Numbered from the stretch's first letter, positions 51,666-61,146 are shown. The stretch: DNA of 64,000 nucleotides from Candidatus Saccharimonadota bacterium (GCA_016700315.1 CP065013.1:257449-321448), one strand, 5' to 3'. Numbers and translations: made by a program. Notes: generated from the sequence alone by a model not told the origin.

Positions 51666-52268
51666 CTACAACAGGCCGAAATCGCCAAAAAACTTAGCGT
51701 ATTCCGGTATTTGTTCGTTGAATAATAGCCTAACTGCGCCTGATGCCTTTGAATTACCACTATTGCCGCAGCTAGTAGCCCAGGTTCGCACCAGAGGCAT
51801 GTCAGACTCATCTAAAATTGAATAAATATAACGTCGGCCCATTGGGCAAAAGCCTCTTTCGTCTTCAGTAACTCCACTTGTTTTACTGTCAAAGTTCAAC
51901 TTACCGATAGACCGCATAAATACTTCGTAGGCTTGTTGGCTGTTGGCAGATGATTGTTCTTTTGTAACGACACCATCGTAACCGCGAATAAGCTGTACCC
52001 TACGCTCACTTGGCGTAATAGTGATTTTGTATGATTTGAAATCTTCATTTCCCTTAACTGGTCCTTGGACTTCCAGCTGTGCCCCATTGCCGTTAGTAAT
52101 GAATTTTTCATAATTATCAGATGCAGTAATGGTCGTTATACCGGCAACTTTTGATCCTGAAGGCCTAAAGACTCTCTTGCCGATTGCAAAAACACCCCAA
52201 ACACTTAGTATCAACAGTACTCCCAAAAATACAGTAAAGCCGATCGTTAGTCCCAATTTCCTAACCAT
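51666..52268 (-). CDS. Membrane-anchored hypothetical protein (start moved to Met54)
   Basis: MVRKLGLTIGFTVFLGVLLILSVWGVFAIG signal-anchor. The longer tracked ORF would overlap the divergent ABC gene. Confidence 0.5.
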   Translation of the reverse strand: MVRKLGLTIGFTVFLGVLLILSVWGVFAIGKRVFRPSGSKVAGITTITASDNYEKFITNGNGAQLEVQGPVKGNEDFKSYKITITPSERRVQLIRGYDGVVTKEQSSANSQQAYEVFMRSIGKLNFDSKTSGVTEDERGFCPMGRRYIYSILDESDMPLVRTWATSCGNSGNSKASGAVRLLFNEQIPEYAKFFGDFGLL

Positions 52269-52348
52269 AATGGTCGTATTATATAACAGTTTTATCTCTA
52301 TTGCAATAGCTCCGTAAAGCACGAATTCATTTATAATAAGCATAAGCG

Positions 52349-54655
52349 ATGAGTGGGGATGATATTGGTATGAAACAGAAGTTGCTAGAAGCCATAGATA
52401 TGGCTGTGGCAAGTGGCGTTCCGACATCTATGCTTGGTGACGTGCTTACCAGCCAGGGTTGGCCTGCCGAGATTGTTAATGAGACTGTCGAACAATGGCT
52501 GCAAACCCACCATGAGGAGTCGCAGCGTTCTGGCTTTAGGGTTTGGCTAGAAAAATATCACAAAAAAGCAAGACCAGCAGTAGTTGTAGTAGTTTTGATA
52601 GGTATGGTTCAGGCAGGCATTGCCCTGCTCAAACCTTGGCCAACCAAAATCCTAGCCGACTCAGCCTTCGGTGATATCCCAGCTTGGGGCCCGCTTGAGC
52701 CATACACTCACACTCCAACTCTTATACTTATCACCGCACTAATGAGTATCGCTCTTTTTGTCTTGGGAGCTGCCTTTGATTTTTTCAGCGACTTTATTCT
52801 GCTTAAAATTGGTTTTTGGCTGAACCGCTCTATCAAGCAAGAGTCTTTACGTCACATTTTGCATTTACCGCTTTTTCATCAGGAGCGTTTAGCAAAGGGC
52901 GACTATGTTTATCGTCAAAACGTCGTTACCAACAGCCTTTCGGATCTGGTTCTAGGCACTACTTCGGCCATAATCGGTTCTATCATCATGATCATTGGTG
53001 TGTTGGCCATCATGATAAGTTTTAATCCTAAACTGACACTAGTATCGGTTGTCTTAATGCCGCTTTTGTACCTAACTATGCGTATTTTTGGCCCCAAGTT
53101 GGGCTTTTATAACCAACAGCTTACGGAGGTAGCCAGCGATACAGCAGCCAGCATAAACGAGTCAGTAGACAACGCCGAAACGGTTCAGGCCTTCACACTT
53201 GAGGATAAGCAAATAAACAAAATCGACCGTCTTTGGATGAGAAGCTACTACCTAACTAAAAAAACAATGATGTGGGGCAACTTACTCCAGGACGCCAATT
53301 CCTTTCTGGTGATTATCGCAACATCGATTGTGATGTATTTTGGAGGCACGGCTGCGCTCAACGGCCAGCTGACTTTTGGTGAGCTACTCATTTTCATGAC
53401 TTACATGGGCTACTTACTGGGGCCAATAGAAGGCTTGGTACAGGAAATCACCAGTCGCAACCAAAAACTAATCGACGTAGGCCGTGTTTACGAAGTTATA
53501 AGCGATCACCAAGGCATAGAAGACCTTAGGCGAGATGCCCACGTACCTCCAAATATCAAAGGAGTTATAGACTTCAGAGATGTATCTTACACATACGGTA
53601 GTCAGACCATTTTCAACAATCTCAACTTGCATATCAAAGAAGGCGAGAAAGTCGGCGTCATCGGTCCTTCGGGTTCTGGGAAAAGCACTATTCTAAAACT
53701 AATGCCCCTTTTCATTGAGCCAAATCAGGGCAAAATTTTTATTGACGGTATCGACACGCAATCAGTCTCGCTGCATGAACTAAGGCAAAAAATCGCCTGG
53801 GTAAGTCAAAGTCCTCAGCTTTTCACAGGTACGATACTAGACAACCTCTACGACGGAGACGCATACCATGAAATATCAGACGAGAGAGTTAAAGATGCGA
53901 TAATTGTTAGTAACGTGGCCGAGTTTGCTGTACGCCTGCCACTGGGTATTAACTCGCCAGCTGGTGAAAATGGCTCTTCGCTGTCCGGCGGTCAGCGTCA
54001 ACGTGTCGCTATAGCTAGAGCTTTAATCAAAGACGCCCCCATTGTGTGCCTCGACGAGCCAACAGCCGCTCTGGACGCCAAAAGTGAAAACTATATCCGA
54101 GACTCGCTTATGCAAATGGTGCAAGGCAAAACCGTACTTATGGTAACCCACCGCAAGGCTCTGCTCGCCCTGATGGACACAATTTACGTTCTTGATAGCG
54201 GCACGCTTACCAATGTGAATGAACTTGGCGGCCTTGATTACTACCTAAGTGTTTTGGAAGGTCTAGACCAAAAGAATGTTGAAGCTGAGATACAAGACGA
54301 ACAGGCTTATATAGACCCAGCTATCCTGGACAAATTTTTGGCTCTGCAGGCAGCCGAACAACGTAATGATGTAATCGAACAGCCAGAGCAACTTGCCGAA
54401 GCACCGCAAATAATAGAATACGTTGGCCAGCCTACGGCTGATCAAGCAGTCATTTCTGGCGAAACTGAACAGCATTATGTTGCCCAACAGCAGACAAACG
54501 AACCCCAGCAAGCTGAATATGTTGAGTCGCAAAACATGATAAACAACGAACAGCGTTCATACCAGCAAGCTTTGCCCCAGCAAGAACAGGTTATAGAAAA
54601 CCAACAACCTCCTGAGCCGGAAGAGAGTCAGGAGATTGAGGTTAAGTTACACTAA
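52349..54655 (+). CDS. ABC exporter, fused permease/ATPase (MsbA-like) with N-terminal soluble extension and Q-rich C-terminal tail
   Basis: Six-TM region, Walker A GPSGSGKST, signature LSGGQRQR and Walker B VCLDEPT. About 120 aa of Q/E-rich tail. The start may be the ATG at 52370. Confidence 0.88.
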   Translation: MSGDDIGMKQKLLEAIDMAVASGVPTSMLGDVLTSQGWPAEIVNETVEQWLQTHHEESQRSGFRVWLEKYHKKARPAVVVVVLIGMVQAGIALLKPWPTKILADSAFGDIPAWGPLEPYTHTPTLILITALMSIALFVLGAAFDFFSDFILLKIGFWLNRSIKQESLRHILHLPLFHQERLAKGDYVYRQNVVTNSLSDLVLGTTSAIIGSIIMIIGVLAIMISFNPKLTLVSVVLMPLLYLTMRIFGPKLGFYNQQLTEVASDTAASINESVDNAETVQAFTLEDKQINKIDRLWMRSYYLTKKTMMWGNLLQDANSFLVIIATSIVMYFGGTAALNGQLTFGELLIFMTYMGYLLGPIEGLVQEITSRNQKLIDVGRVYEVISDHQGIEDLRRDAHVPPNIKGVIDFRDVSYTYGSQTIFNNLNLHIKEGEKVGVIGPSGSGKSTILKLMPLFIEPNQGKIFIDGIDTQSVSLHELRQKIAWVSQSPQLFTGTILDNLYDGDAYHEISDERVKDAIIVSNVAEFAVRLPLGINSPAGENGSSLSGGQRQRVAIARALIKDAPIVCLDEPTAALDAKSENYIRDSLMQMVQGKTVLMVTHRKALLALMDTIYVLDSGTLTNVNELGGLDYYLSVLEGLDQKNVEAEIQDEQAYIDPAILDKFLALQAAEQRNDVIEQPEQLAEAPQIIEYVGQPTADQAVISGETEQHYVAQQQTNEPQQAEYVESQNMINNEQRSYQQALPQQEQVIENQQPPEPEESQEIEVKLH

Positions 54656-54664
54656 AGCTTTTTT

Positions 54665-55039
54665 CTAAATTGCTCTGGGAGTATTAACCCCAGGCCGATA
54701 GGTTTTTGGCGGTGGGTACACAACGGACTTGGGCTTGTATACCTCATCATAGCCATTGGAGTTTCCTCTACTATAACCACCGGTTGCTACAGGTGGCTTA
54801 CTAGGCTTTTTGGTAGACAATGACGGTTTTTTCATCAAAGTACTTCTCGCCCAATCATTATCTTCTCGGTCAGCTTTAGCCTGAACTGAGGCAGCTGCTT
54901 GTCGCTTGAGCATTGAGTCGAAATTTTGCTTGGCTTTGGTCTGCTGGCCTCTTTGGGCAAGCGAAGCGTCATTTGCAACTTGCATCTTGAAGAATGCCCG
55001 GGGGCTGGGGCCGGTTGCGGCTTTCTTTGTTTGCATCAT
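54665..55039 (-). CDS. Basic low-complexity protein; probably the C-terminal fragment of a split gene
   Basis: The sequence just upstream of its ATG continues a repeat module of the preceding ORF in another frame (see findings). Confidence 0.45.
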   Translation of the reverse strand: MMQTKKAATGPSPRAFFKMQVANDASLAQRGQQTKAKQNFDSMLKRQAAASVQAKADREDNDWARSTLMKKPSLSTKKPSKPPVATGGYSRGNSNGYDEVYKPKSVVYPPPKTYRPGVNTPRAI

Positions 55040-55073
55040 GAAGGAAAGGGTGGGCTTCTCTAAGCCTTCTGGA

Positions 55074-55514
55074 TCAACTGTTCAAACCGCTATCACTGTC
55101 TTGACTATGTTTGCCAGTTCCTACAACATATAAATTCTTTGCGGCCTCATAGCCTGTGGCACCGTGTCTACCAGTTACGGGTGAGGTCGGCTTAATGTCT
55201 GTTGCTCCATTACGAGCTGCTTCGCCACTGAGAGAGCCAGGTTTTGCGACTGGCGCACTATTTCTACCTTTGTTTGGATCATCAACATAGGACATAGTGG
55301 TGGGCTTTTTCCCTAAGCCTTCTGGATCAACTGTTCGGAAAATAGGAGGTTCTCCGGAGCTATCACTGTCTTGACTATGTTTGCCAGTTCCTACAACACT
55401 TCTAGCCTTTTGGGCTGCTAATCTAGCAGTTTGGTTAATTCTCAATACTGTTGGGTCGTCCACTTTGGCTCCTTTGTTTGTTTTGTTACTTTTGTGCTTT
55501 ACTTTGTGTTTCAT
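55074..55514 (-). CDS. Basic low-complexity protein with internal repeat VVGTGKHSQDSDS...TVDPEGL
   Basis: ORF containing two copies of an ~80-100-nt module (55299-55398 and 55049-55128). Confidence 0.5.
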   Translation of the reverse strand: MKHKVKHKSNKTNKGAKVDDPTVLRINQTARLAAQKARSVVGTGKHSQDSDSSGEPPIFRTVDPEGLGKKPTTMSYVDDPNKGRNSAPVAKPGSLSGEAARNGATDIKPTSPVTGRHGATGYEAAKNLYVVGTGKHSQDSDSGLNS

Positions 55515-55519
55515 TTTTA

Positions 55520-56584
55520 TTACCTCACCACATTTCTACGTACTGGGCTAACAGGTAGCGGCGAGTCGTTTTTGCCAAAAATTGCATTTTTAGAATGTTT
55601 GTCGTAGGCGGCAGCCTTAGTGACCCATTGTTCAAAGGCTTTCTTTTTCACTGGGTCCGCGTTGATTTCTTTGAGTTTGTTTTCATTGTTAGTCGCACCT
55701 TTTACCCATGTTTCAAAGGCCTTCTTTTTGGCTGGATCCGCGCTAATTTCTTTGAGTTTTTGTGCTTGCGCAGCTGACAATGTAGAAGATTTGAAGTTCT
55801 TCATGCTTTGGCTTTCAGAGCCGCGCTGAGTCAGCGCCGAATGGTTCTCGACCATCATCTTGTTCCAGGCTTTTTGCTGATCTGGCGTTAACTTGCCATA
55901 GGCATTAGCAAATTTATCTAAGTCATTTCCAGTAATTTTCTTGTCTTTGCCATTAGCGTCTTTAATAATAATTGTTTTATTAGCGCCCGGCGCTCCGGGG
56001 TGTTGGCCCTGTCCAATTGTAGTTGACCCAGATCCGCCACTTTTGTTTGCTTCTATCCATTTATCTCTTTGTTCGGGTGTTAGCTTGTTGAGCGTTGCGG
56101 CAAACTTGGCTACGTCACTTTTGTTCAAAGTCTGACTGTTAACCGTGATTTTGTCGTCTTTGGGAGGTACTTGACCACCGTTTTTGGCCATGGCTTCGAA
56201 GTCTTTCCACCTCTGGCTGGGCTGATTGTGATGAGCCATCGCCCAAGAGCTGTCGGCGGCAATACGACTCATTTTTTGGAAGGCTTCCCACTCTGCATCA
56301 CCCCAGTACTTAGTGTCTTTGTTGAACTGAGCGATCTGCTCTTTACTGTGACCTCCCGGATGCTGACCTGGTGCAAACTTCAGTTCGCGGTTCGGCTGGC
56401 GAAGGTTCCAACTATCTGCCGATTTAAGTCCCGTACCGCTAATGTGCGTGTCACCACTTGGGGCTGGTTTATTGTCCATAGGCTTTGTTAGCTTGAGACC
56501 GCTTTTAGCACTAAGCATAATTGCAGCCGAGCCAGCTGCCGAGTTCATAAATTGATTTGTAGTTGAATTTCGACGTTTTGTCAT
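55520..56584 (-). CDS. K/G/P/N-rich hypothetical protein (354 aa) with helical repeats
   Basis: Repeats KFAATLNKLTPEQRDKWIE / KFANAYGKLTPDQQKAWNK and ADPAKKKAFETWV / ADPVKKKAFEQWV. No signal peptide. Confidence 0.6.
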   Translation of the reverse strand: MTKRRNSTTNQFMNSAAGSAAIMLSAKSGLKLTKPMDNKPAPSGDTHISGTGLKSADSWNLRQPNRELKFAPGQHPGGHSKEQIAQFNKDTKYWGDAEWEAFQKMSRIAADSSWAMAHHNQPSQRWKDFEAMAKNGGQVPPKDDKITVNSQTLNKSDVAKFAATLNKLTPEQRDKWIEANKSGGSGSTTIGQGQHPGAPGANKTIIIKDANGKDKKITGNDLDKFANAYGKLTPDQQKAWNKMMVENHSALTQRGSESQSMKNFKSSTLSAAQAQKLKEISADPAKKKAFETWVKGATNNENKLKEINADPVKKKAFEQWVTKAAAYDKHSKNAIFGKNDSPLPVSPVRRNVVR

Positions 56585-56800
56585 CTTAACTCTCTTTTTT
56601 ATTGTTTTTGTGTTTTAATTTATACCCGAACAATATCATATATAACCATAAGTAACAACGACTTATCCACACCCTGCATGCTATCATTTTTTCTTCCCAA
56701 CCTTTCCAAGGATAGTCCTTGGAAAGAAAAACCACACTTACGCGTTCAAAAGCTTGAGCTGCTTGACCAGTTGTCTCTGCTTGTCTCTGCACTTCCTCGT

Positions 56801-57290
56801 TCAGCGCAATTCTAGCGCCTTATCGATTATGGATAGTGTCTTGGGAACAAGTTTATCTATACCTTTGACGGCCTGTGCAACTTCTTCAATCGTGCCGCAA
56901 ACCACGTCGCAGGTACTAAAAACAAACGGGTCTTTGTAGTTTTGGATTATCTTACCGTCCATTTCTTTTTCACAACCGTTAAACTTACCGCCGTACGGTG
57001 CAAAACCAATCACAGGCTTGCCCAGATACTTTGCTATCAAGATCTCTTGTGAGCCACCCACACTAATATCGTCAGATAAATAGACAATTATGAAATCGGC
57101 TTTGTATATTAATTTGCAGTCTTTTGAAAAAATCCTGAAAATAACTCATAAAACTCTTGAATTCTTTTGTAGGATCAAGATTTTCTAAGAATTCCGCCAA
57201 ATCTGAAATTTCTGCGCAAAAATCATCTCTCCAATGGTCAGTTTCAAAAAATGATTTTTTTGATACCTTACCAGCTATATAAACTTTCAA
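56801..57290 (-). pseudogene. Nucleoside 2-deoxyribosyltransferase-like gene split by a +1 frameshift in a T6 run (or homopolymer error)
   Basis: TTG start at 57288-57290 with an AGGAGG Shine-Dalgarno sequence, then LKVYIAGK... After the run at 57127-57132 the reading continues in the next frame as SKDCKLIYKADFIIVYLSDDISVGGSQEILIAKYLGKPVIGF, the family's core motif. Confidence 0.6.
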
Positions 57291-57411
57291 CGTATTCCTC
57301 CTAAGGTATTGACTTAAGCCTCGCATCCAGCCGTTGTTTTGAGTTTTGTCGGCTCGCAGCATTTTATATTAACCCACTGATCTCTTCAAAATATACCAAA
57401 CTTCCGACACT

Positions 57412-57753
57412 TCACTGTCTTGCAAGATTAACGAGCCTAAACCCAAAAATATGCACTAGCTGGTTTGTTAAGGCTTCTATTCTTTCTACTCTATAAAAGG
57501 CTTTGGGCTCGCCGATACTGTATTGAATCTTTGACCCAAGTTCTTCTTTAATTTTCTTAGCAAAACAGTCCTTCAAGCTTTGGCATTAAACAGTCATTTT
57601 TTTATTCTGCCGCCAGGAAGATCCCCACCACCGAACTTATCTTTTACCATAAGCAATCCCACAACCCTTACGAACTCATGCCTTTACAGCAACAAAATAC
57701 GTGTCTTTGTCTCCATCTGTGGCGATAACTTTATTGCCTGCTATAATTTTCAT
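57412..57753 (-). pseudogene. NUDIX-hydrolase-like pseudogene
   Basis: Hand translation gives MKIIAGNKVIATDGDKDTYFVAVKA, then a frameshift, then HEFVRVVGLLMVKDKFGGGDLPGGRIKK..., then an in-frame TAA, then ...SLKDCFAKKIKEELGSKI. These look like remnants of the NUDIX box (PGG...REUxEExGU). Confidence 0.4.
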
Positions 57754-58374
57754 TTTGTTATCGATGCCATCATTAAACTACGTAAACTCTCACCAGTAAA
57801 GCCCTTGAAATCAAAGTAATAGACAGTGCAACATAAGAAACTTTATTTTCTCCAATATTTTTGGCTTGGCCGTAGGCCCCAGTTATACTAGAGCAAAACT
57901 ATAAGAGATAAGACATCAACCCATCAAATTTTCATTGATCACACCCTATGTTAAGTTTTGCCGTAAATAGTCTGGTTCAAATCCACGAAAAATATTCCAC
58001 GTTGAAAGCAAAATAGGACATAATCGAGACCAGTGGTTAATTAACGCTCGTACCCTAAAATTGCCTTTGGTTATCCAAGCCTATCAACTTACAAATAGCC
58101 GAGCTATTAGAATAAACCTCAATAAAATAATGGAGAAATGGTGGTAACTCATCTTTAAATACCCACCAAACTGCCATGTATCAAAAACATGACAATCAAA
58201 AGATAATAGCCACCCAATGCTAAAAGCCCAAGATAAACATTTTTATCGAAGAGCTGAACTCTTTGCGTAATAGGCCTGTGGTTCTTTTCTAGATCTCGAC
58301 AAGCAAACTCAAAATTATCCATATCCCTTGCCAACTATACCGTAAAATGAAATACCTGTAAAACTCGTGGTTAA

Positions 58375-61083
58375 TCATAGCTCCCCCCATGTTTTACCGG
58401 TGGATATGTCTACACGCAGTTTTACGCCCAGCTCTGGATAAATATTTTCCATAGTCTGCTTCATCATTTTGCCAACCCGCTCAGCATCAGCTTCGGCACA
58501 TTCAACCAAAATACTGTCATGTATCTGCAATATCTGTCTCGGCTCTTCCTCGTTCCTCGTTCCTCGTTCCTCGTTCCAGTGTCTAAATTGGCTTTCTAAT
58601 TTAGACATTGCCATCTTGGTTATATCAGCAGCGCCTCCCTGAATTGGCATATTGATTGCGGCCCGCAAAGCTGCCTCACGTACGACAAAATTGCTGCTCC
58701 GAGCATCCGGCGTTGGGCGGCGACGTCCGAGCGGCGTCTCCACAAAACCTTTGTTTTTGGCTTGGTCACGAAAACGCTCCATCATTGCCTTCAGTTTGGG
58801 GCGCACCTCGAAGTATTTATCGATAAACTTTTTGGAATCGGCGTAGCTCATGCCCGTTCCTTCACTGAGTCCGTGAACACCTTGCCCATACAAAATACCG
58901 AAATTAACAGCTTTGGCCGCGTAGCGCATCTCTTTGCTGACTTCTTCGGGCTTGACACCTTGAACCAAAGCGGCCGTCTCGATATGAATGTCTCGATCAG
59001 AGTTAAACGACTCAATCATTGCTTGATCACCGCTCAGTGCCGCGGCAATGCGAAGCTCAAACTGACTGTAGTCGGCACTCACCAATACATTGCCAGGCTC
59101 GGCGATAAAGCCAGTTCTGATCTCTCGACCAATTTCGGTGCGGATAGGAATGTTCTGCAAGTTGGGATCGTTGCTACTAAGCCGGCCAGTTGCTGCGACC
59201 GTCAGCGCCAGTGTTGTATGTATACGATTGTTCTCATCTACCTGCTCTGGCAGCGTATCTACGTAGGTACTTTTGAGCTTTGTGTACTCACGATATTTCT
59301 CGATATCGTTGATGATCGGGTGAAGGTCTTTTAGTTTAGCGAGTACGTTACTGGCTGTGCTGAAGTGGCCAGCCTTCCCTTTCTTGCTTGCGATTGTAGG
59401 CAAGTTTAGCTTCACAAACAAAATATCACTCAGCTGGCTAGGACTTGAGATATTAAACTCTTGGTCGGCATAGCCATAAATTGTTTGTTCAATGTCACTA
59501 ATTTGATCTGTTAACTTGTCAGATAAAACCTTGAAAAAGCTTGGCTCAATCTTCACCCCAGTACGCTCAATTCGAGCTAAGACTGGTATCACTGGCCAGT
59601 CCACTTGCTCGGCCATTTTGATCAAACTTGTAACCTCGCTCATTTGCTCACCCTGTCGCTCAGCAAGCCCCCGGATCACAGCGCAGATTTCTGGTAGCTT
59701 AATTAGCGCTTCATCATCATCAATATTGTCGAGCTCACCAGCGTAGTTTAGATCCTCGCTCGCAAGCGCCGTAAGCGAAAAATCTCGCCTCAGAGAATTA
59801 ACAATAAATGCGCCAACTTGTGTGTCGTGGCTTACCTGCGGCAAGTTTTCTATCCCAAGCTCGAGTAAAATTTGAAAGATATTCTTTAAATCGTGCCCGG
59901 TAACGGCTTTGCCGTTTAGTAGTTGGTCGATGGTAGATGGTAGATGGGAATTAGCTACTGATTTTCTTAAATCAAAAATATAGCAATTTGTTTTGTCAGA
60001 TAGCGCCAAAACAGTTGGCTCGTGACCGTGCTTACCACTGCTGCGAGCAAAAATTACTACATCCCCTTCAAGCTGCAGCGATGACACTGCGGAGCTCTCC
60101 TGAACGTAGACAGGTGTCGGGGTTTTGAGATCGAGGATTGCCGCACTTATGTTTGACGAAAGGTCATTTGTCGATTCTGCAACTGCTACTTTGGACGAAT
60201 CACTACGCATTCCTTGTGGCAAGTTGCGCAGCAGGCTCCTGAACTCTAGGCGCTTTAGTATGCTTGCCAGCTCATTCGTATCTAGCTTATTTATGTCCAT
60301 TTGTTCAAGGTCCAGCTCGATTGGCGCATCTGCGTAAAGTCGAGCAATTTCTTTACTCATGTAGGCCGAATCTCGCCCCGCTTCAAGCTTTTTCTGTACT
60401 GCGCCCTTGGTGAGAGCAACATTCTCGTAAACACCATCGAGAGTTTTGTATTGTTTAAGTAGTTCAACCGCTGTTTTTTCACCAATGCCAGGAACACCGG
60501 GAATGTTGTCCGACGAATCGCCTTTTAGAGCTTTTAAGTCCAGAAATTGCTCAGGCTCGAGGCCGTATTTATCACGAAATTGTTCTGGCCGATAAAGCTC
60601 GATATTTGTTAGTCCTTTTTTGAGCGCATAGACATGGGTGTTCTCGCTAATGCACTGCAGTGCATCAAGATCACTGGTGATTAGCATTGTCTCTAACCCG
60701 GCGGCATCAGCTTTTTTAGCCAGGCCACACATAATATCGTCTGCCTCGTAATCATCGAGTTCGTATAGCGGCCAATTTAGTGCTCTTAGCAGCTCGTGAA
60801 GAATAGGAATTTGTACATAAAAGTCTGGCGGTGCCGGCTTTCGTCCTGCCTTGTAGTCTGGGTAGACGGCTAGTCGTTTTCGGATATTGGTTTTTGGTTT
60901 ATCCCAAGCTACACAAACATAATCTGGTTTGAGCCGCTTAATCAGCTCCAGCGCCATTGCTGCGAAGCCATAAACTCCCCCTGTTGGCGTCCCGTCGGCG
61001 GTCGAAAGCCCCGGCATCGCGTAATAGCCACGGTAAAAGACTGACTTTCCGTCGATAATCGCAAGTTTTTTTCTACTCTCCAT
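58375..61083 (-). CDS. polA: DNA polymerase I
   Basis: 5'-nuclease domain, DYSQFELRIAA (motif A), KAVNFGILYGQG (motif B) and QIHDSILVE (motif C). Confidence 0.94.
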   Translation of the reverse strand: MESRKKLAIIDGKSVFYRGYYAMPGLSTADGTPTGGVYGFAAMALELIKRLKPDYVCVAWDKPKTNIRKRLAVYPDYKAGRKPAPPDFYVQIPILHELLRALNWPLYELDDYEADDIMCGLAKKADAAGLETMLITSDLDALQCISENTHVYALKKGLTNIELYRPEQFRDKYGLEPEQFLDLKALKGDSSDNIPGVPGIGEKTAVELLKQYKTLDGVYENVALTKGAVQKKLEAGRDSAYMSKEIARLYADAPIELDLEQMDINKLDTNELASILKRLEFRSLLRNLPQGMRSDSSKVAVAESTNDLSSNISAAILDLKTPTPVYVQESSAVSSLQLEGDVVIFARSSGKHGHEPTVLALSDKTNCYIFDLRKSVANSHLPSTIDQLLNGKAVTGHDLKNIFQILLELGIENLPQVSHDTQVGAFIVNSLRRDFSLTALASEDLNYAGELDNIDDDEALIKLPEICAVIRGLAERQGEQMSEVTSLIKMAEQVDWPVIPVLARIERTGVKIEPSFFKVLSDKLTDQISDIEQTIYGYADQEFNISSPSQLSDILFVKLNLPTIASKKGKAGHFSTASNVLAKLKDLHPIINDIEKYREYTKLKSTYVDTLPEQVDENNRIHTTLALTVAATGRLSSNDPNLQNIPIRTEIGREIRTGFIAEPGNVLVSADYSQFELRIAAALSGDQAMIESFNSDRDIHIETAALVQGVKPEEVSKEMRYAAKAVNFGILYGQGVHGLSEGTGMSYADSKKFIDKYFEVRPKLKAMMERFRDQAKNKGFVETPLGRRRPTPDARSSNFVVREAALRAAINMPIQGGAADITKMAMSKLESQFRHWNEERGTRNEEEPRQILQIHDSILVECAEADAERVGKMMKQTMENIYPELGVKLRVDISTGKTWGEL
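58548..58607. repeat. Intragenic module inside polA: perfect (CCTCGTT)x4 plus adjacent 10-bp-stem hairpin TGTCTAAATT-GGCTTTCT-AATTTAGACA
   Basis: Read directly. Translated in frame as KLESQFRHWNEERGTRNEEEPRQ, just upstream of motif C. Confidence 0.92.
59917..59951. repeat. Second intragenic heptamer array in polA: TAGTAGT TGGTCGA TGGTAGA TGGTAGA TGGGAAT
   Basis: Read directly. Same unit family as the truB and rpsF-leader arrays. Translated as ANSHLPSTIDQLL. Confidence 0.85.
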
Positions 61084-61146
61084 TAGGTGTAATTATACTC
61101 TTAAACCCTACCAATTAAACCGCATAATGTTTACAATATCACTTAG

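Noticed and set aside
56663-56671. Perfect DnaA-box consensus TTATCCACA in the spacer after the 354-aa gene (a near match at about 20701-20709)
   Set aside because: This is a single isolated box with no cluster, no adjacent AT-rich unwinding element pattern and no dnaA/dnaN nearby. Gene orientation does not switch here. That is insufficient for an origin call.
56586-56792. 68-aa minus-strand ORF in the spacer between the 354-aa gene and the deoxyribosyltransferase-like pseudogene
   Set aside because: It runs through a strong hairpin (CTTTCCAAGGA-TAG-TCCTTGGAAAG) and a 10-nt tandem duplication (TTGTCTCTGC x2). There is no Shine-Dalgarno sequence and the composition is odd (W/C/Y-rich).
57974-57984. 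GGTTCAAATCC T-loop-like motif suggesting a tRNA or tRNA remnant
   Set aside because: The would-be T stem has a mismatch. No complementary acceptor stem, D arm or anticodon stem can be drawn from the preceding ~70 nt. At most it is a decayed fragment.
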